The notes under the pieces are model-generated. The model was not told the DNA's origin. It was given only the letters and a program-made list of their open reading frames with translations, and ran no database searches. From IMG/VR virus record IMGVR_UViG_3300016476_001378: a stretch of 64,000 bases of DNA; one strand, given 5' to 3'. A program made the position numbers and the translations under genes. This document shows positions 30,301 to 38,671 of this stretch, one piece after another (position 1 is the first letter of the stretch; each line of letters begins with the position of its first letter). Source of the stretch: a virus. Its lineage: Duplodnaviria > Caudoviricetes.

Positions 30301-30609
30301 ATGGGTGGAATTAATTTAGGTAACTTATTAATAAAGAAGCCTTTGAGATGGGCTTTCTCTCAAGCTTTTGGTTCTAAGATGAAAATTTGGTTTGATGATA
30401 ATGTTTCAGGTGTAATTGATGCAGCATTAGCCAGTGGCATCTTTACTCCAGAAACTGCAGTATTAAAATTTGTAGAAGGTAACTTTGTAGATGGCTTATT
30501 TAAGCAAGCTGTAAGTAACTTAGGCATTCCTAAGCAATACCAAGGTTTTGCAAAAGAGTACATTGAAAAAGAAATCAAGAAACAAATTGAAAACAAGTTA
30601 AAAGGTTAA
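30301..30609 (+). CDS. Hypothetical protein, 102 aa
   Basis: SD GGAGG, followed by a terminator. Confidence 0.7.
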   Translation: MGGINLGNLLIKKPLRWAFSQAFGSKMKIWFDDNVSGVIDAALASGIFTPETAVLKFVEGNFVDGLFKQAVSNLGIPKQYQGFAKEYIEKEIKKQIENKLKG

Positions 30610-30614
30610 CTAAT

Positions 30615-30640
30615 AAAGGGGATGGAAACATCCTCTTTTT
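30615..30640 (+). terminator. Intrinsic terminator
   Basis: aaaggggatg-gaaa-catcctcttt stem-loop with a T run. Confidence 0.75.
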
Positions 30641-30803
30641 CTTATTAGTAGGTAAATTATAACACTTGTTGTAAAAAGCTAAATAGATATTTAAATACTA
30701 TATCTATTATAATACCTCTAAATAGGGGTTCAAAAAACTGAAAATAATCATAGTCAAAAAGACATTATGAAATTTTCAAATAGATTAAAAGGTTGCTCAA
30801 GAA

Positions 30804-31058
30804 ATGGATAATTATTTGCCACAAGAACCAATCGAGCCAATGCACGATTTCCATCCAGCTATCAAGAACTTCGCTATGCCAACTATTAACAGGAAAGAAG
30901 AGACCGGTAAGAAGCATACTTGTTCGATCACCTTTCAGGCCCCTAGTGATGTTAAAGAGCATGACATGATGGATTATATTTTAGGTATTGAAAGTGCTTT
31001 AGGCGCCAAGGTTGTTAAATTCACTTGGACATTGTCTGAAGACAAGAACAAAGACTGA
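30804..31058 (+). CDS. Hypothetical protein, 84 aa
   Basis: ATG with AAGG upstream, between two terminator-like hairpins. Confidence 0.6.
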   Translation: MDNYLPQEPIEPMHDFHPAIKNFAMPTINRKEETGKKHTCSITFQAPSDVKEHDMMDYILGIESALGAKVVKFTWTLSEDKNKD

Positions 31059-31082
31059 TTGTATAATTTAATTAGATTATGC

Positions 31083-31113
31083 AGCCCGCTTAATCGCGGG
31101 CTTTTTCTTTTTT
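31083..31113 (+). terminator. Intrinsic terminator
   Basis: agcccgc-ttaatc-gcgggct followed by ttttctttttt. Confidence 0.8.
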
Positions 31114-31123
31114 GAGGTAATAG

Positions 31124-31726
31124 ATGGAAGAAACAGAAAACAGAATATCATTTAGGCAAGACAAGAAAACAGCAGCCTTGAATATTCATAAAAATAAATT
31201 TGGCCATACTGTAACCAGCGATACATCTGGCCAAAGTTTAGATGAAGCAGTCCAGCTCAGAGTTGGAGGCACAGGCGTGGAAGCTTATGTAGATCTTTTT
31301 GAAACTCCTACAATGAAAAAATTTATGGAGCAAAATAATCTAGACATAAATGAAGACAGCAATGAAATTGAAAAAATGGTGGAAATTGATTTATCAGAAG
31401 AAGCCGAAGAGGAATTTGTTCAGGCTCCTTATATTCGCCCTGGTACACTAGAAGAATTTGATAAATTTGCAGATAAAATCATAGGCAGGCCAGCCACGCA
31501 AAATACAACACCTGTTCAAACTGCTTCTGCCAAAAAACCATCTGTGTTTGCAACTCCTGAATCTCAAAAATTCTGCACCAATTGTAAATGCAAAATTAAA
31601 AAAGATGCAAAGTTTTGCCCAGAGTGCGGCACACCTCAAACTTTAGCACAATTTTGCAAAAACTGTGGTATTAAATTTGAAGGTTTGGAAAAATTTTGTT
31701 CTGAATGTGGCACCAAAAGAGAATAG
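31124..31726 (+). CDS. Double zinc-ribbon (DZR) domain protein
   Basis: C-terminal FCTNC..FCPECG..FCKNCG..FCSECG. SD GAGGT. Confidence 0.85.
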   Translation: MEETENRISFRQDKKTAALNIHKNKFGHTVTSDTSGQSLDEAVQLRVGGTGVEAYVDLFETPTMKKFMEQNNLDINEDSNEIEKMVEIDLSEEAEEEFVQAPYIRPGTLEEFDKFADKIIGRPATQNTTPVQTASAKKPSVFATPESQKFCTNCKCKIKKDAKFCPECGTPQTLAQFCKNCGIKFEGLEKFCSECGTKRE

Positions 31727-31752
31727 GTTTATCTCCTTTTAATATAGAAAAT
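31725..31752 (+). promoter_or_regulatory. AGG-class promoter candidate heading the connector-tail operon
   Basis: AGGT-N18-GAAAAT upstream of 31772. Confidence 0.55.
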
Positions 31753-31771
31753 TTAATGAAGGAGTTAAAAG

Positions 31772-32497
31772 ATGAGCTGGTACAGATACGCTAGAACTAC
31801 AACTGCTTTAAGAAAACACATGATGAGAGTTGATCTTCATGTGCATGCTGGTGACGAAGCCGATTACACAGACGAACAAATTAAAGAAGATGCTATTAGA
31901 TCTATTCTTTCAGCTGCTGTTATCAAGGGTCTAGATGTAATTGGAATTGTAGCCCACGATGGACTTACAATGGGCCAAAGAGCCATTAACATTTCGGCAA
32001 ATGAACAATTAGATCTCTGGGTTGTAGCTGGCCATGAATATCTCTGTACTGATAAATTTAGAATCATAGCTTACAATATTAAACAACCAGTTCCACCAAA
32101 TTTAACTTATCAACAAGCAGCAGAATGGGTTCATAAAAATAAAGGCCTTGTAATGATTATTGACCTTACAAAAAGACAGGCTCAGATCATCAATAAGCTT
32201 AAAGGCACGAGTGCACAGCCAGATGCAGTAGAACTCTATAATGCAGAGGTTGGCTGGTTTATGGACATTGATGTGCATGATTATTATGAGTTTATGAACT
32301 CAGCAGCAAAAAGTGCAAAAATGCTAGAAGATACCAACGTTTACACTCTAATCAACAGAAAAGATTTTGAGCAATTAGGTTTTATGCCTGAGGGTGAAGG
32401 AACAGACTATGTTCCTAAATATTTAAAGAGATCTGATGAATTAGAAGCGCAAAAAGAGCAGCAGCAAGCTAACCAGCCAGCACAAGGAGGCGTTTAA
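31772..32497 (+). CDS. PHP-fold protein, probably catalytically degenerate
   Basis: VDLHVH, GLDVIGIVAHD, VVAGHE and DAVELYN are present, but the C-terminal GSDAH is replaced by NSAAK. SD AAGGAG. Confidence 0.75.
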   Translation: MSWYRYARTTTALRKHMMRVDLHVHAGDEADYTDEQIKEDAIRSILSAAVIKGLDVIGIVAHDGLTMGQRAINISANEQLDLWVVAGHEYLCTDKFRIIAYNIKQPVPPNLTYQQAAEWVHKNKGLVMIIDLTKRQAQIINKLKGTSAQPDAVELYNAEVGWFMDIDVHDYYEFMNSAAKSAKMLEDTNVYTLINRKDFEQLGFMPEGEGTDYVPKYLKRSDELEAQKEQQQANQPAQGGV

Positions 32498-32991
32498 TGT
32501 CTAGAAAATATTGCACAGTGGACAATGTAAAGCAGTATCTGCCACAAAACATTATTGTCGAGGGACAAAATCCAGATCCAAATCCTTTCAACCCTTCACC
32601 AGAAACATTACCTGCTATAAACATAGAATTTTTTATTGAGCAAGCCTGCATTGAGATCGATTCTGCGCTTGCCACAATTTACGACGTACCGCTTAAAAAA
32701 ATTAACTTTGGGGGAGATGTTCAATATCCACCTCCAATCCCTTCCATTGCGGCTCTCCTGGCCTCACAGATGATCTGGGAACAGAGACTGCAGGGTACAG
32801 ATAGCCAAAGAAGCGAATCTCAAAAAGAAAGAGAAAAATGGGCCCATGATGAATTAACAATGATTCAAAATGGCGAAAGAAGACTTATGGCCCAAAGAGC
32901 GACAAGGGGCAATCGTTATGTTAGAAATACAGCCCTTGACATTCCTAAGAACCCTGTTAAAGATGGTAAATCAACAGGCGCACCAAGATAA
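32497..32991 (+). CDS. Head-tail connector (Mu gp36/DUF1320-like)
   Basis: YCTVDNVKQYLP..IEQACIEIDSALATIYDVPL..A..EL..IQNG pattern. TAATG-coupled to the PHP gene. Confidence 0.7.
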   Translation: MSRKYCTVDNVKQYLPQNIIVEGQNPDPNPFNPSPETLPAINIEFFIEQACIEIDSALATIYDVPLKKINFGGDVQYPPPIPSIAALLASQMIWEQRLQGTDSQRSESQKEREKWAHDELTMIQNGERRLMAQRATRGNRYVRNTALDIPKNPVKDGKSTGAPR

Positions 32992-33014
32992 TAAATTTAC
33001 TTATTGGTTAAAAA

Positions 33015-33794
33015 ATGCAACAACAAATTTACGAAACTATCCAAGCAATGTTATTCTTGGAAATGCCAAAAAATCAAGCTGGCAACATAGTTATCTTTGA
33101 CAGAGAGGTAAAAGGCTGGAGCTTAGGCGATAGAAAGCTTAAGCCAGCCACTCCTGCCATCGTCATTTATGGTCAATCCATAAATAGAAAAGATATTGCA
33201 ACTCGTACTTATGAAGTAGAGCATACCGTAACCATTAAATTAGAACTTGGCAGTGACAATCAAACTATTTCGGCATCAATACTTCAGGAGTTTGAAAGAT
33301 TAGTCAATGAAGTATTTTTAAGCCACAGACAAATCTGGGTAATGGGCCAATGCCCAGTTTGTATGAAGAAAACATTATCACCAGAGCACTTTCTTATCGA
33401 GCATGCCAACATCTTCCAGAGCTATGCCGACGATGCAGTTGCCGATGCCGAAGCGGCGTGGGCAGAGACACATACAACTACTATGCCAACAATGGCAAAC
33501 TCCAGACAAGCAGTGCTCGCATTTAATCGCGTGGTAGAAGCTATTAGAAACAATAACCCTGTAAAAAATCTTACAGCTGAAGCTAAGAGAGCTTTTGATT
33601 TTGTAATTTCTACAAAAATGAAACCCATTAGAGTTCTGTATGATGTTAGAATTTCAGACATCAAACCTACAGACAATGGAATTGATAAGCAAACTTATCA
33701 CACTGGAGAAGTTACAATACACGCAATGGAACTTTCATTAATACCAGCAACAGGCCCCGATAATGTATCTACAGAGTCTTGGAGTGTTAGATGA
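33015..33794 (+). CDS. Putative tail terminator/completion protein with a Cys/His insertion
   Basis: Follows the connector. TPAIVIYG..YEVEHTVTIKL..helix..GEVTI layout with an inserted CPVC-x8-H-x4-H. Confidence 0.45.
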   Translation: MQQQIYETIQAMLFLEMPKNQAGNIVIFDREVKGWSLGDRKLKPATPAIVIYGQSINRKDIATRTYEVEHTVTIKLELGSDNQTISASILQEFERLVNEVFLSHRQIWVMGQCPVCMKKTLSPEHFLIEHANIFQSYADDAVADAEAAWAETHTTTMPTMANSRQAVLAFNRVVEAIRNNNPVKNLTAEAKRAFDFVISTKMKPIRVLYDVRISDIKPTDNGIDKQTYHTGEVTIHAMELSLIPATGPDNVSTESWSVR

Positions 33795-36700
33795 CCGATA
33801 TCTCAAGGCTAGGTTTAGAAAAAATAGCATCAAACCTAGGAGCAGCACAAGCATCAATAGCAAATCAATTAGGCGACACTAATAAAAATCCAGGGGCCCT
33901 ACTTGATTTAGAAGCAGTCTTGTGCAAATTGAGAGGCAGTACATTATTTTACAATGATGACTATAGCCGATTTTATTACCCTGCCCCATCTAATCCCTCT
34001 GTCATAGAGCCATTTGATTTTGTAAAATTTAATTCATCAGATCTTGTAGGTCTTGGAATTCAAGGGGCCTCAATTTCAAAAGATAATGAAGCCTCAAACT
34101 TGGGTTTCCCTGCGCTTGGAATGGCAAGTTGGCACCCTGGTTATTTAGGACCGCCTTGTCCAGAAGGATTTGGCACATGGTATTACAATGCTTGGGCTGG
34201 ATACCACAAAGATCCACCTTCCTCAGGATTCGAAAATGGTAACTATCAAGATCGCTATGGTTATGAAAATCCTGTCAGATACAATTCAAGTAACCAATCT
34301 TATAACCGCGTACCATTTTTTGAGCATGCAAGATGGATTTCCATATTAAATAGCAGTGGTAGCAGTAGAACCACTGGTACTTATTCATTTGCTATAAATA
34401 AAGATAAAATTTATGGCATAAAAATAAAAGATCACATCACTGGATTCCCACAAGATATTCGATTTATGTATTACACCAAGCTTGTGCAAGGACGCTCAAG
34501 CACAACCTGGGAAAGCATAAATGTAACCACAAATGCAAATTATGAACTAAGTTATCTAGCTTACTCTGTAGAGGAAGTAGATGATACTTATGTATTTAAA
34601 ATAAACATACCAAACGATTTGACTTATAATCCAACAGTTGGTTCCAGTGGTAGTGGGCACGTTGCCAATAAATGGTGGCATTTTGTAATGTTCTGGGGCT
34701 CAATAGATGAAAAAGCTTTTCAGGATGTTATTGAATTTGATGGCGGCCTTACAGAAATTGACATATTCTCCAATGAGTTAATAGTTTGGAATGTTAAGCA
34801 CTTCTTTAGAGACGGTTTGGACTCAAAGCTAAAATGGCTGCAACAATCTATTAATGATTCTGCAGAGAATAATTTAAAGGGCACTGATTATAGATATTTG
34901 GTGGCCCAAAACAGAACCCATTTTTTATTGGAAGATGGCGGGACGTTGGTTGCCTCCAATCCAGATAAGTATTCTTTAGCAACTACTATTTTAGGCGATA
35001 ATCTTAGTAGTATTAATAGTGTGTCCAATGACGTAATAGAATTGGATGCAGATCAATTCCAGTCTGCTATACTTACCGTTAAAACATCGGGCGATAATCA
35101 AGGCATTGGCGAAACAGCCTATAAATTAACTTTGGGCCCCAAATTTTATTCTGATTTTGCAACAACTAATTGGGAAGATTTTGAATATTACCCAGAACCA
35201 GAAGCAGACTACATTACTATAGCGAAGATAATTTTAAAAAGAGCATCTGCTGAAAACTATGAAGCTATAGAATCGAATATCATCAATGGAACAAAAGTTG
35301 ACGTAATTAATCCCTTGTACGGAATTAACCAAACAACTATAGTTCAAAATGCTGTTATTCATTGGATGCAACAAGTTGTGCCATCGCATGCTGTCGCTCC
35401 ACATGGTGATCCACTTTTGTCAAGCCGACTACTAACGGGTATGTATAAATCTGTTCGCAACTTTAGGTTCCACAGAACAGAAGATCCAATTGTAGTTGCA
35501 GCAACTAGACTTTTAACATACGGCTCTAGGACTCCAGAAGCCTTATTTAGCACCAGAACTTCTGTTTATAATGTAAACAGCCAAGGCTCAATTATTTTCA
35601 GGAGATTGCTCAAAAATCCAACAGATGATCTATTGCAACCTTCACCAGATGAGCCTCTTGCAATCCAATTTGACTCTAATACTAGAAAAACTATTGAAAG
35701 CATAGCTTCTGCTGCACCATCAACAGAAATGCTAAGACTTAATGCCGATCATTTATTTTTGACAAATAATAAATTAAACATAGCAAATACGTTTGAAGTT
35801 TATTTAGAGTCCTCAGACAATTGTACGGCTGCAGATACTAGCGCCACTGGCAATAGGGTTGGTTTGGATTATACTTTGAGAATGTACTTAGAAGATAGTA
35901 ATGAAAACTTACTTAAAAAAGACTGGTACATTATGGCTAGTAAATATTTATTAACCAATCAAGAAATGGCTGATAGAATTACTAAAGAGCAATCTACCGT
36001 TGGTTATTTTACATTTGACACTCTGTCAAATATTCAAGAATGGAGACTTCAGGGCTATGCTGGCATAGTTCCAGATTTAGTCATGAATGAAAGCAGAGTT
36101 CTTACAACTAGATTCGCAAGTCCGCCCGATAGTACGCAAGTTACAGAAGCCCAATACAGAGCTAATTTAGAGGCCCAAGGTTATTCACAAAGCGAGATAG
36201 ATGAATTAGTTCTTAGGTACTTAGAAGATGGCAATGAATTCTATTCTGAGAATCTTTTTCAGTATGATAATAACTTTGTTGCATTAAGAGAAGCTGCTTT
36301 AAATATAACTACATTTACAGAAGGTACACCATACTGGCAATCAAACATAGCTGGCCTCTATGATGTTACTCAACCAGATCCAGAGTCTGGTACTGTTTTT
36401 TATTCTGATAGTTTTACCATAGCATTAGAAGGGGCCTCTCCTTCAGATCTTGAGTCCGTTGGTAAGCTTGCTCAGACAATTTATTCTTACACTCCAAGCT
36501 CAAGTATAACAGACCTAATACTTGAGAACAATAGAACTGCTTTTAAATTCAATAGTGGATCTGGCGGATCAATTTCAGAAGTCTCCTTGAAACTTAAAAG
36601 TAGTATTTTTGATGCTGCAGACACTGCTATAACAAATAATGGAAGAATTTATCTTAAAATTTATTCTTCTACTGGAACTCAACCAGATAGCCTTTTAGCA

Positions 36701-37783
36701 TCTAGTATTGATTATGTAGATTACACAACCATTCTGGAGAGTGACTACAATGCATACAGATGGAAGGTTAGTGCTCAGCTTTTAGCGGGTGAAGATTATT
36801 GGGCTGTTTTAGAATTAAACTCTGTTCCTCAAGGTGGAGATATTCTTATAGCAACATCAAACCCTTATGATGAAACTGTCAGAGAAATAGATTTCCAAGC
36901 TTTTTCTTTTATTAGTCTTGCAGATACAAATACATTTACGTGTTCAATACCAATCAAATTTATTCAATCTAGTGCTAACACTGGCGAAAATTTGACAAAT
37001 TCTTCTGGCAGACTTGATTTTGTTGTTTATTCATCGACAGATGCTGGAACCATTGGAGCACCAATTTCTATCACTGCGATGCCTGGTTTTAATACTTATG
37101 TTAATTTCTCTGACATTTTAACATACAATAAGAATTTCCAATTCTCTGTATCCTTCTCAGCGGCAAAAGATACAAAATATTGGGTTGGTTTAGTGCCTAA
37201 CGTAAGGCCAAGGGGCGGCACAATTGTTGCCGACATGGCAAATACATTCTTAGATCAAATACAATTTACTTTGCAAACCAATGATGTGGGGCAATACACA
37301 GCATGGGATAACTGGGATGGCAGCAATTACAAAGCATGGATGGAAGTTTATTATGAAGTGTCTGAGATCTATGGATATTTCAATAGAGATGAAGACTACT
37401 CCATTCAGAAATGGCTACCATCTTCAAACAAAAGTAGAATAACTACAGCCCTATTACAAAAGGAAGGCTCGTGGGCATTCACAGCTAAAAAATTCCCACA
37501 GCCTTCAGCTGTTTATATTTATCCAAGATACGCTCCAGGCTATTATGTCCCAAGTTATAATAATATCTATGTGTCTATTAGATTGGTAGTTGGCGGAAAA
37601 TTAACAGATTACATTGTTCAAATAGACCCAACCGCATCACCAGTAGAGCCAATTAGAGTCAACCCTGTTGGGGAAGAAGCTGAAAGCATCGCTTACCTCT
37701 ATGTTGCAAAGACCCTAGAAGAATTACAGAATGGAACACATGGGGCCCCTCCAGGTGATAGAATAATTATAAGGAGTTCATAA
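33791..37783 (+). CDS. Large virion structural protein, 1330 aa
   Basis: ATGA-coupled long ORF with two C-terminal beta-sandwich repeats ending LLAGEDYWAVL and AAKDTKYWVGL. Confidence 0.7.
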   Translation: MTDISRLGLEKIASNLGAAQASIANQLGDTNKNPGALLDLEAVLCKLRGSTLFYNDDYSRFYYPAPSNPSVIEPFDFVKFNSSDLVGLGIQGASISKDNEASNLGFPALGMASWHPGYLGPPCPEGFGTWYYNAWAGYHKDPPSSGFENGNYQDRYGYENPVRYNSSNQSYNRVPFFEHARWISILNSSGSSRTTGTYSFAINKDKIYGIKIKDHITGFPQDIRFMYYTKLVQGRSSTTWESINVTTNANYELSYLAYSVEEVDDTYVFKINIPNDLTYNPTVGSSGSGHVANKWWHFVMFWGSIDEKAFQDVIEFDGGLTEIDIFSNELIVWNVKHFFRDGLDSKLKWLQQSINDSAENNLKGTDYRYLVAQNRTHFLLEDGGTLVASNPDKYSLATTILGDNLSSINSVSNDVIELDADQFQSAILTVKTSGDNQGIGETAYKLTLGPKFYSDFATTNWEDFEYYPEPEADYITIAKIILKRASAENYEAIESNIINGTKVDVINPLYGINQTTIVQNAVIHWMQQVVPSHAVAPHGDPLLSSRLLTGMYKSVRNFRFHRTEDPIVVAATRLLTYGSRTPEALFSTRTSVYNVNSQGSIIFRRLLKNPTDDLLQPSPDEPLAIQFDSNTRKTIESIASAAPSTEMLRLNADHLFLTNNKLNIANTFEVYLESSDNCTAADTSATGNRVGLDYTLRMYLEDSNENLLKKDWYIMASKYLLTNQEMADRITKEQSTVGYFTFDTLSNIQEWRLQGYAGIVPDLVMNESRVLTTRFASPPDSTQVTEAQYRANLEAQGYSQSEIDELVLRYLEDGNEFYSENLFQYDNNFVALREAALNITTFTEGTPYWQSNIAGLYDVTQPDPESGTVFYSDSFTIALEGASPSDLESVGKLAQTIYSYTPSSSITDLILENNRTAFKFNSGSGGSISEVSLKLKSSIFDAADTAITNNGRIYLKIYSSTGTQPDSLLASSIDYVDYTTILESDYNAYRWKVSAQLLAGEDYWAVLELNSVPQGGDILIATSNPYDETVREIDFQAFSFISLADTNTFTCSIPIKFIQSSANTGENLTNSSGRLDFVVYSSTDAGTIGAPISITAMPGFNTYVNFSDILTYNKNFQFSVSFSAAKDTKYWVGLVPNVRPRGGTIVADMANTFLDQIQFTLQTNDVGQYTAWDNWDGSNYKAWMEVYYEVSEIYGYFNRDEDYSIQKWLPSSNKSRITTALLQKEGSWAFTAKKFPQPSAVYIYPRYAPGYYVPSYNNIYVSIRLVVGGKLTDYIVQIDPTASPVEPIRVNPVGEEAESIAYLYVAKTLEELQNGTHGAPPGDRIIIRSS

Positions 37784-38664
37784 TGAGTGAAACACCAGAA
37801 GTTACAGCAGAACTATTAAACTCATTGCTGCTCCAATATGATAAATTAGTTGAAGGCGATGATCTTTATTTGAGTTTGGAAGAATTTGCCATCGGCCAAC
37901 CAGTAACTAATAGGCCCCTAGATTTATGTTGGGGCTATGCTTCTGTAGAGGCAAGTACGCAATCTTTAGCAGAGTATGAAGTTGTCATTGGCAGGGGTAT
38001 AACTAGATCAACCACATCCAATGTTACCAAACAAATTAATAGAGTTAATTATGATTTCACAGGCTTGAATTTAACAGATTTATTACCAAATAACCAATAT
38101 CAAAACATTTATGCTTTTGGTAGTATTTTTATAAGCCCTGGCGATGACTCAGGACTGATTAAAAATCCCACATCTATAATCGAAGCTGTGTTGCTAAAGG
38201 GTGAATTAGGTGGTTATCCTCTTTTGATGACGCATGATTTAGAAATAAATAATGTTCTCAGAATGATAAGAGATGAAGAGATCCCAGCTGCTATTAAGCC
38301 AAATGATAATTCAATAGAAATTTTTAGATTTGTATTAGAAATTAATTATTATAGCACAGATGATTACACCACCAAAGATGTTAAAATACATTTTTTGGAC
38401 AAAAGAAAACCCAGAGGTTGGGGTGGCTTTGCAGAAGAGGCACTGGCTGCAACCATAACTCCTTTTTTGATTTACAAAAAAGAAGATTATGCCACATTTT
38501 TAAATGCATTTGATAATAATATTTATAATTTAATAAAAAGCTGGATAAATCTAAGGTATTGGTCGCCAAACTTTCTTGACTATTGGCAAAATCCAAGCAA
38601 TTCAGTGCTGATGCCAGATAGATTAAAAGACTATTTAAAAATAAAATTCAGTATCACGATTTGA
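37783..38664 (+). CDS. Hypothetical virion protein, 293 aa
   Basis: TAATG-coupled, SD AAGGAG. Confidence 0.7.
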   Translation: MSETPEVTAELLNSLLLQYDKLVEGDDLYLSLEEFAIGQPVTNRPLDLCWGYASVEASTQSLAEYEVVIGRGITRSTTSNVTKQINRVNYDFTGLNLTDLLPNNQYQNIYAFGSIFISPGDDSGLIKNPTSIIEAVLLKGELGGYPLLMTHDLEINNVLRMIRDEEIPAAIKPNDNSIEIFRFVLEINYYSTDDYTTKDVKIHFLDKRKPRGWGGFAEEALAATITPFLIYKKEDYATFLNAFDNNIYNLIKSWINLRYWSPNFLDYWQNPSNSVLMPDRLKDYLKIKFSITI

Positions 38665-38671
38665 GGTTAAA

